Of a stretch of 52,858 nt of DNA, positions 46,483 to 52,858 are shown one piece after another. The stretch spans positions 1 to 52,858 of the IMG/VR virus record IMGVR_UViG_3300032213_003065, one strand, 5' to 3'. The first letter of the stretch is position 1. The number at the start of each line of letters is the position of its first letter. The stretch comes from a virus. Its lineage: Duplodnaviria > Caudoviricetes. A model generated the notes under the pieces. It worked only from the letters and a program-made list of their open reading frames with translations, was not told the origin of the DNA and did not search any database. The position numbers were made by a program, and so were the translations under genes.

Positions 46483-47265
46483 TTAGACACCACGACGAGT
46501 GTCATATGCAATAATATGTTCACGACCTGTGAAATTGTAACCATTTTCAGTACAGAAGTCAAATACCATAGGATATACTCTAATTAATTCTTCACGGTTA
46601 TCTCCTGGAGGCATTAACCATGTTTTAGATTTTGGTATTTCCATTTCAACTCTAAAGTTTTCAATTTCTTCCCATGTTTCAGCCATTTCAACTGGATTAC
46701 AAACTGGTTTGAAATGATAGTCTGTATGGTAAGCTAGTGTTTGTTTAATAGCTTCTTTATTTAATCTTAAACTATTGTGTTTAGCTACCATTTTTTCATC
46801 TGTTAATTCTCCTTTTGGTGTTGGAACTCCAATTTTAGGAACAGAATTTGAAAATTTAGGTGAAAGTGAAATCAAACCAATTGGAAAATCGGTTTCAATA
46901 AAATGTGAACCTTCAGTTTCTATTGTTATTACAATACCTCTTTCATTAGCAAAATGAGTTAATTCATTTACTAGATCAGGATGCATTGTTGGAGAACCTC
47001 CAGTTAACATCATTTCAGTAATATCTGGTCTATCATCGTACATTTTGATGATATCGTTAAATGTAAATGTACCTTTTTCTGGGTGTACTGAAGTATACCA
47101 TGAATCACACCATCCACCGTCTCCAAACCAACATCTGTGAGTACAGCCTGTTGTTCTGATAGCTACGGTTGGTTTACCTGCTCTTGATCCTTCTGATTGG
47201 ATACAATAATATAGTTCTACTATTTGTAATGGTTTATCGTAATGTTTTAATCTACCTGGTTTCAT
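46483..47265 (-). CDS. queE: 7-carboxy-7-deazaguanine synthase (radical SAM)
   Basis: IQSEG, RTTGCTHRC-x7-CDS (expanded CxxxCxxC), LTGG, ETEG, LSPK. Confidence 0.9.
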   Translation of the reverse strand: MKPGRLKHYDKPLQIVELYYCIQSEGSRAGKPTVAIRTTGCTHRCWFGDGGWCDSWYTSVHPEKGTFTFNDIIKMYDDRPDITEMMLTGGSPTMHPDLVNELTHFANERGIVITIETEGSHFIETDFPIGLISLSPKFSNSVPKIGVPTPKGELTDEKMVAKHNSLRLNKEAIKQTLAYHTDYHFKPVCNPVEMAETWEEIENFRVEMEIPKSKTWLMPPGDNREELIRVYPMVFDFCTENGYNFTGREHIIAYDTRRGV

Positions 47266-47273
47266 ATTTTATT

Positions 47274-47741
47274 TTAATTTTCTTGATAAATTGCTGTGTT
47301 TTTGTTATGCTCCATAAACTCTACTTTTGCTACTTTAACTCTACCATTTGTTTCTTCTTGAACAAATGTGTTTAATTTCTTGTAGATATATTTTGCAAAT
47401 TGTTCTGCTCCTGTAGCTGGGATTATTCTTAATTGGATAATGCCCATATCACTAGCTATTTTAAATGATTCTAGATATGGATCATCTTCAGCTATTATTG
47501 TAGTGTGGTCAAACATGTAATCCATCCATTCTTTAGGATTCTTACCATCAATATGACCATTAGCTCTTTTCATACCACCAAAATCCCATACCCAATTACG
47601 TTCGTCTAATTCACCTTCGAACCATACTCTAAATGATACTCCATAACCATGTAGGAATCTACAATGTGTTCCTTCTGCTTTCCATTGGCGAAACACTGTA
47701 CTGAAACCATCAAATAGTTTTGTTGATTGAAATTTTCCCAT
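47274..47741 (-). CDS. queD: 6-carboxy-5,6,7,8-tetrahydropterin synthase
   Basis: HCRFLHGY, WVWDFG, FDHT, GAE. Confidence 0.9.
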   Translation of the reverse strand: MGKFQSTKLFDGFSTVFRQWKAEGTHCRFLHGYGVSFRVWFEGELDERNWVWDFGGMKRANGHIDGKNPKEWMDYMFDHTTIIAEDDPYLESFKIASDMGIIQLRIIPATGAEQFAKYIYKKLNTFVQEETNGRVKVAKVEFMEHNKNTAIYQEN

Positions 47742-47747
47742 TTTATA

Positions 47748-47993
47748 TTATTTAAAGTTGCTTATATAAAAGTCTGCATTTTTTACTCCAGTGAATCTTT
47801 TAAGTTCATTATTACTGTTGTCTACTAAAATAACAGTAGGAACACTTCGGATGCCAAATCTTGATGACATATCCGGGTTAGAATCGACATCTATTTTTTC
47901 AACTGGGATTCCTTTTGATTTTACTTGTTCCATAATTGGAGATAAAGATTGGCATGGACCACACCATGCTGCTGAGAATTGTAAGTATTTCAT
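47748..47993 (-). CDS. trxA: thioredoxin
   Basis: WCGPC, IRSVPT. Confidence 0.92.
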   Translation of the reverse strand: MKYLQFSAAWCGPCQSLSPIMEQVKSKGIPVEKIDVDSNPDMSSRFGIRSVPTVILVDNSNNELKRFTGVKNADFYISNFK

Positions 47994-48006
47994 TTTATTT
48001 ATTTGT

Positions 48007-48213
48007 TTAATTAAAAAATTCGTTTTCTTCTATTAAGGTGCATTTTCCACTTAAGGTCAATAGTTTTGTATTGGATAAACATAGGGGTTTTGCTTCTTCC
48101 CATTTCGAGGAAAAAACAAAATTGCCACCTAATAATCCTATAAAAACTTCATCTAAATCATTCATAACCACATATTGTGGTTCTTTATTTTCTTGTTTTT
48201 TTCTTCTAGCCAT
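48007..48213 (-). CDS. hypothetical protein
   Basis: 68-aa ORF. Confidence 0.65.
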   Translation of the reverse strand: MARRKKQENKEPQYVVMNDLDEVFIGLLGGNFVFSSKWEEAKPLCLSNTKLLTLSGKCTLIEENEFFN

Positions 48214-48383
48214 TATACTAATTCTTCTATTATTCCTATAATTTCGCTAAATATAAGAACTCCTGTTGCAAATACCAAATCTATTGGTAAAAGAATGTAA
48301 CCTACTATTCTAGTTCCAGATTTAATAAAACTTACGATTTTATGCCATTTTTGATCAGGCATGTGATTTAAATTTTTATCCAT
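48213..48383 (-). CDS. small membrane protein (56 aa)
   Basis: Manual ORF MDKNLNHMPDQKWHKIVSFIKSGTRIVGY...SEIIGIIEELV*. Confidence 0.6.
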   Translation of the reverse strand: MDKNLNHMPDQKWHKIVSFIKSGTRIVGYILLPIDLVFATGVLIFSEIIGIIEELV

Positions 48384-48389
48384 GATTTT

Positions 48390-48812
48390 TTATTTTAAAT
48401 ATTCTTTTATGTTTATTCCTGTTTGTTTTTCCTGGTAGTGGAAATCTCTATGACAATTTGAGCATAAAGGGATACATTTTTTTAATTCTTCTTTTGTTAT
48501 TTCAATACCTCTTATAACAGTACCAATCATAAAATCTTTTTCCTTTGGGTTAATATGATGAGCATCTATTGTATGAGGTCTAGTTTCTCTGCATTTCTGG
48601 CAACCTTGGGATTTCCATTCTAAAATCAATTGGTTATATTTTTTGCTATGGTTTTTACTATTTTCTCTCCACTTGTCTTTATTATTTTGTCTATAAGCTT
48701 CAGTTCTAATAGCCATACATTTACGGCATTTACTTAAATTTCTATTTCGAGATTTATCATAAGTAAAATCAGTTAATGATTTTTTAATGTTACAGTCAGT
48801 ACAAGTTTTCAT
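48390..48812 (-). CDS. HNH endonuclease with N-terminal zinc finger (free-standing homing-endonuclease-like)
   Basis: CTDC...CRKC, CQKC, DAHHINP, LCSNCHRDFH. Confidence 0.85.
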   Translation of the reverse strand: MKTCTDCNIKKSLTDFTYDKSRNRNLSKCRKCMAIRTEAYRQNNKDKWRENSKNHSKKYNQLILEWKSQGCQKCRETRPHTIDAHHINPKEKDFMIGTVIRGIEITKEELKKCIPLCSNCHRDFHYQEKQTGINIKEYLK

Positions 48813-48826
48813 AATAGTATAATTAA

Positions 48827-48861
48827 TGGGTATTCACGATTATACATATGATGAATACCCA
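48827..48861. promoter_or_regulatory. 10-bp inverted repeat enclosing an ATATGTATAA box upstream of the HNH gene
   Basis: TGGGTATTCA (48827-36) / TGAATACCCA (48852-61) with 15-nt loop. Confidence 0.6.
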
Positions 48862-48871
48862 CTAAAATATA

Positions 48872-49726
48872 TTATTTTCCATTTTCTTCTAAAACTTTTT
48901 CTACATGGGCTTTAACTGTTTCCCAGGAAACAACTTTACCATTTTCTCCATAAGTTACAGGGTCAGGACGGCCTAATTTAATAAACGCCTCTACTCGCTC
49001 AACTGAGGATGCTGAACGGAAATCACTCCATCCTTCTGGGGTTGGTTTATAGGATGTATTTGTACGGGAGTATACTTCATTAAAATCAAGTCCTAGTTCT
49101 TTACATAGTACTTCTCCGTCTTTTAAGATATCAAACTTCATTCCATTAATATATGGAGTAAAATAACCTACTTTTTCAGCTCCCCAATTTCCTAAACGGA
49201 AAGCAGCATCATCCGCATCACGAAATTCAGCTCTACAATCTGGGTAGATTGAAAAGTCACCTGCATGGATTCCTAATGCAATATCACATGTTTCGCCTGT
49301 TTTTTGAGCTACAGATAACGCTACTGCTTGGGTGATTGAAGCAAATATTTTGTTACGGTTAGGAACAACTGTTGCTTTCATATTATCTTCAGCATAGTGT
49401 CCTTCAGGTACATCGTCTCCACCTGTTACCAAAGCTGAATCTAATAGATCAACTAGTCCATTTAATTGAATTTGACGATAGGTGATAGGGGTAAAATTCT
49501 CTCCTGTTACTGTGATTGTACCTAATTGGTCTTGTTCTGCTTTTTGAGAACAACCATTTAAATAATCTACCAATGATTGAGCTCTCTCTAGCTCAACTCT
49601 ATGTTTTTGACCATAGTCAAATGAGATAGCAGTTACACTATCGTATTCTTTTAGACATCTAAGCAACAATGTACTTGAGTCCATACCACCTGAAAGTGAT
49701 ACTACTACATGTTTTTTAGTTTCCAT
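48872..49726 (-). CDS. queC: 7-cyano-7-deazaguanine synthase
   Basis: SLSGGMDS, FDYGQKH, TVVPNRN, GIHAGD, YPDCR; C-terminal Zn-binding Cys cluster replaced (TSY...SASSVER). Confidence 0.92.
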   Translation of the reverse strand: METKKHVVVSLSGGMDSSTLLLRCLKEYDSVTAISFDYGQKHRVELERAQSLVDYLNGCSQKAEQDQLGTITVTGENFTPITYRQIQLNGLVDLLDSALVTGGDDVPEGHYAEDNMKATVVPNRNKIFASITQAVALSVAQKTGETCDIALGIHAGDFSIYPDCRAEFRDADDAAFRLGNWGAEKVGYFTPYINGMKFDILKDGEVLCKELGLDFNEVYSRTNTSYKPTPEGWSDFRSASSVERVEAFIKLGRPDPVTYGENGKVVSWETVKAHVEKVLEENGK

Positions 49727-49937
49727 TAAATATTTCTTTTACTTTAAAAAATGCATCTATTGTTTCTTTAGGGTATATTTCAATTTTCCCATCGTTATAT
49801 TTTGAATGTGGTACTATTTTATGTGCTTTAGGAGCACCTATAATACGAGCAAATGCATATAATTGTTTTCCTACACCGTCTGTGTCTCTGTGTCCTCTAT
49901 ATTCATATAGAGACATGAATGTTTTACTTTCTGTCAT
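49716..49937 (-). CDS. hypothetical protein
   Basis: 73-aa ORF coupled to queC. Confidence 0.7.
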   Translation of the reverse strand: MTESKTFMSLYEYRGHRDTDGVGKQLYAFARIIGAPKAHKIVPHSKYNDGKIEIYPKETIDAFFKVKEIFNGN

Positions 49938-50008
49938 GTTGTAAATTGTTTATATTTTTAAATAATAACTAAATATACAAAGAAAGTTTTAGGAAGCCAA
50001 ATTTTGTT

Positions 50009-51667
50009 TTATTTTTTTGGAATTACATATTGAGAATAAACTCGACCATCAGCAGTAGATAATGTTGGAATTAAATATTTATCAACTATATTTTTAGGCA
50101 ACATTGCTAATCCATCTCCTCTTCCCCAAAAATCATATTTTTTTAATTTTTTATCAATGTCTTCTATTTTAGATTGAAGTCCTAATTCTTCCCAAGTTTT
50201 AAATTTTATACTATCCTTAATTTTTTTAGATATAGGGTCTCTATAATCAGAACCAAATCTATATTCTTCTGCTTCTTTAAAATCTGGGTTGGATTTTTGG
50301 AAATCATATCCTGATTTTTCAATAACACGTACATAATAATCAGGGAATAATGGTGTTAAATCCCATTTTTCAAATATAAATGGGTTTCTATACATATATT
50401 GTTTTTTATCAGTTAATCCGGAAGGCTCATCTGGAAGAGGGTATGTTTTTGAGTTATTTGTAAAAGTATAAGTTTTAAAATTTGGGTATGGATGTAAATA
50501 AGCGGCATTAGATATTTTAATTTCTTGGGGTTTTGGATTATATTGTATCTGGGAAGGGTTTCCTTCTTTAGATTGTTTATAAGGAGTATTAGATTGGGGA
50601 GTACCCTGGTAAGTTTCAGAAGGTATATTCATTTTATTTAACATACCATTTAAAACTTCTAAATATTTTTGTTGTCTTTTATTAGGTTGTTTTTTTATAA
50701 AAATGTCTATTCTTTTTATATATGGAATAAGATAGAATTTTCTACCATCAGTTATTATAGCTTCTTCAGCATATTTACCTTTAGCACCTTTTCTTTTTAA
50801 AAAATTTTTTCTATCTTCATAATCTAAACCATCATCTCCATAAGAATTATCAATATCCGAAGGGTGTACAAATCCTTGAATTTTATATTTAGTACTAATT
50901 TTATCTCCATCTAGCATTATTCGACACATTATGTTATCATCTCCATGGGATATAAATCCTGTATCTGAGTTTGCGTATCTAGAAGTAGAAATTTGATTTT
51001 CATCATTAGGTACAATATGCTGAGATTTTAAAATATCAATACAATAATTTATTGGGGTAAAGTGATATAAATTTCCTACTTGTTTTGCTTCTAAAAGTAT
51101 TTCTTTTAATAAATTCATGAATTTCATAGGATTGATTTTATCTTTTATTTGGGATTTTAAAAAATCGAAATATTGTTGGTTACCTATAAAATATTTTTTT
51201 GCATTTCCTAAATCTTCATATTTAAATGTGATACTCCCATCAGAATTAACTGTAAAGTCGTTATCTCCAAATACTTCTTTTGGAATAAATTTAATAAGAG
51301 ATTTAAATAATAATGGTTTTGGATTTTTAAATCCTAATTTTTTCATCATAGGTAACAGGTCATTTGATACCATTCCCCAAATTGGTTTATTTAAAGAGTT
51401 AAGTTCTTGTATTCCTTTTAAAATACCTTTAGGGTTCCCCCCAACAATTGCCAACTTATATAAACCACTTTGTTGTATTCTTACAGCAACATATCCTGTT
51501 TGATCTCCATAAAAAGTCCAATTATCTGCTCTTTCAAAAAAATTATATTTATCCCAAGCTTTTCCAACACTTTTTTCATATGAATTTTTATATAAATTAT
51601 ATATATTATTTTGTTCTTCAGGTGAAAGATCTTCTATATAAAAAGTTTCATATAATTTTTTTTTCAT
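50009..51667 (-). CDS. two-module putative virion cargo protein; second module ADP-ribosyltransferase-like
   Basis: Internal MKFMNLLKEILLEAK leader then LYHFT...ISTSR...AEE; preceded by ATATTTATAA. Confidence 0.55.
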   Translation of the reverse strand: MKKKLYETFYIEDLSPEEQNNIYNLYKNSYEKSVGKAWDKYNFFERADNWTFYGDQTGYVAVRIQQSGLYKLAIVGGNPKGILKGIQELNSLNKPIWGMVSNDLLPMMKKLGFKNPKPLLFKSLIKFIPKEVFGDNDFTVNSDGSITFKYEDLGNAKKYFIGNQQYFDFLKSQIKDKINPMKFMNLLKEILLEAKQVGNLYHFTPINYCIDILKSQHIVPNDENQISTSRYANSDTGFISHGDDNIMCRIMLDGDKISTKYKIQGFVHPSDIDNSYGDDGLDYEDRKNFLKRKGAKGKYAEEAIITDGRKFYLIPYIKRIDIFIKKQPNKRQQKYLEVLNGMLNKMNIPSETYQGTPQSNTPYKQSKEGNPSQIQYNPKPQEIKISNAAYLHPYPNFKTYTFTNNSKTYPLPDEPSGLTDKKQYMYRNPFIFEKWDLTPLFPDYYVRVIEKSGYDFQKSNPDFKEAEEYRFGSDYRDPISKKIKDSIKFKTWEELGLQSKIEDIDKKLKKYDFWGRGDGLAMLPKNIVDKYLIPTLSTADGRVYSQYVIPKK

Positions 51668-51688
51668 ATTATTGTTTCGTTATAAATA

Positions 51689-52486
51689 TCATGAACGTTG
51701 TATATTGTTTATATTTTTAAATAATGTTAAATTTGCTTCTAAAAGATCAAAATCAATATTTTCAATGTTAATATTGTAATGGTCGTTCATGTTCGCTTTA
51801 GGTTTTTCAGTTAGACCTGAGATGTTATACATATTGCCTTCTAATGTAGCCATTATAGGATTTGAAGTATCAATAGATTCTATACAATTGATTCCTTGAT
51901 ACCATCCAAATTCTTGAGGTACAGCACATCCTAATAAATGTACTCTATCAAATTGAGATAAAACTTCTTGGTTTAATAACGTTGAAATTACATAAACACG
52001 TCCTAATGCTTTTCCTATGTTTTTGTTTGGATGAACGCAGATATCGTTATAATATGACGCCCCATATGAATAAGCTATTTTTTGATATCTTAAATCTTTA
52101 TATGTTTGAGTACATAAAAATGCTTCATGTAATGTTTTAGCCTGCACTACAGCTACTTTGGTTGTTTCTTTAGGTAATTCCATACCTGACCAATATCTGG
52201 CATTAACTACACTTTGAATATAGTTTTCCCAAACATCAGGTACTATAAATTCATTTGGTTTTAGTTCATCAATCCAGTGAAGTAAACGTTTAGTATCATA
52301 TGCTTTACCTAATTCATGAAGTGAATTATCCATTATAATATATCGACCTTGTCTTTTAGATTCTCTAAAAAATTCTAAATATTCAGGATCTTGATCAAGT
52401 AAATGGGGAAGACAATAGTCATAATCGTTGAATTGTCTACTTTGTTCTAATAAACATTTTGGTACTTCGTGACTAATTTTTATCAT
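51689..52486 (-). CDS. dpdA: TGT-fold transglycosylase, divergent DpdA-like
   Basis: IMDNS, VPDV, VVQ, HLLG, SIDTS motifs of the TGT barrel; linked to queC/D/E and folE. Confidence 0.75.
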   Translation of the reverse strand: MIKISHEVPKCLLEQSRQFNDYDYCLPHLLDQDPEYLEFFRESKRQGRYIIMDNSLHELGKAYDTKRLLHWIDELKPNEFIVPDVWENYIQSVVNARYWSGMELPKETTKVAVVQAKTLHEAFLCTQTYKDLRYQKIAYSYGASYYNDICVHPNKNIGKALGRVYVISTLLNQEVLSQFDRVHLLGCAVPQEFGWYQGINCIESIDTSNPIMATLEGNMYNISGLTEKPKANMNDHYNINIENIDFDLLEANLTLFKNINNIQRS

Positions 52487-52600
52487 AACTTCTTATTTAT
52501 ATTTATTTTTTATCTTCTTTTCAAGTGTGTATTTCAGTAATACTGCTATTAAAATAGCTATAAATCCATAAATTAATAAAACTGCTAATACTTTCATAAC

Positions 52601-52738
52601 CTATTTGTTTCTTTTTATTTTGTGTTTAATATACGAAAGAACAGGTAATGAACCAAATCCTCCCATTAAAAAAGTAAAAATATTTGGATGCCAATGTTCA
52701 CCACATAGGCCAAGAGAATGTTTTAAAATTTCTAACAT
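52601..52738 (-). CDS. small membrane protein (45 aa)
   Basis: Manual ORF MLEILKHSLGLCGEHWHPNIFTFLMGG... Confidence 0.55.
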   Translation of the reverse strand: MLEILKHSLGLCGEHWHPNIFTFLMGGFGSLPVLSYIKHKIKRNK

Positions 52739-52858
52739 AGTTTAAAATATTTTATCTAGAAAATCTTTTTTTAAAGCACGTGTTCTTCCTCTTTTTGATG
52801 TTTTAGAAAAACATTTTCCATTGATATAATGATACAATTCTTCTATCGTGCCTTCAAA

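Larger units (their letters stand above)
12063..52655 (-). promoter_or_regulatory. dispersed class-B promoters, (minus strand) TTTGG/CTTGG-N~17-19-YGTATATTYA, Bacteroidota sigma70-like
   Basis: + strand AATATAC boxes followed by CCAAA/CCAAG at ~12063, 13351, 13937, 14297, 15075, 15866, 17312, 31533, 35362, 41207, 42267, 46451, 49970, 52626 (also 7362, 7579). Confidence 0.75.

Noticed and set aside
2093-51720. All plus-strand ORFs in the track (e.g. 2093..2299, 17050..17367, 28615..28953, 39529..39876, 51117..51503)
   Set aside because: They are antisense shadows of well-supported minus-strand genes, with no motifs, promoters or A-rich leaders
1-52858. Stop-codon reassignment
   Set aside because: Long conserved genes are intact in code 11, and TAA, TAG and TGA all occur as apparent genuine stops

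Overview
This is a very AT-rich (by eye roughly 25-30% GC), gene-dense segment with essentially all credible genes on the minus strand. It is best read as part of a large lytic dsDNA phage genome, with a host probably in Bacteroidota: promoters resemble the TTTG/TAnnTTTG consensus and there are no Shine-Dalgarno motifs. In transcription order (right to left) it contains four blocks. (i) A 7-deazaguanine module (TGT/DpdA-like, queC, queD, queE, folE) interrupted by an HNH gene and a probable virion-cargo gene, abutting a MazG-like pyrophosphatase. (ii) A T4-like replisome (family B polymerase, sliding clamp, two clamp-loader subunits, PD-(D/E)XK nuclease, DUF3310) with GroES/GroEL. (iii) A 17-kb nucleotide-sugar and glycosyltransferase cluster that includes a ThDP enzyme, a DHQ-synthase-like protein, an aldolase and a 3-dehydratase-type PLP enzyme. 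(iv) About 18 kb of small genes, nearly each with its own copy of a repeated promoter. Block iv also holds thyA with duplicated insertions, an HPPD-like VOC protein, a tRNA-like gene with a 17-nt anticodon loop flanked by 37-bp direct repeats, and a G/C-tract, palindrome and iteron-rich island at 3.4-4.1 kb that may be an origin. All calls come from motif recognition by eye. No database searches or folding programs were run.
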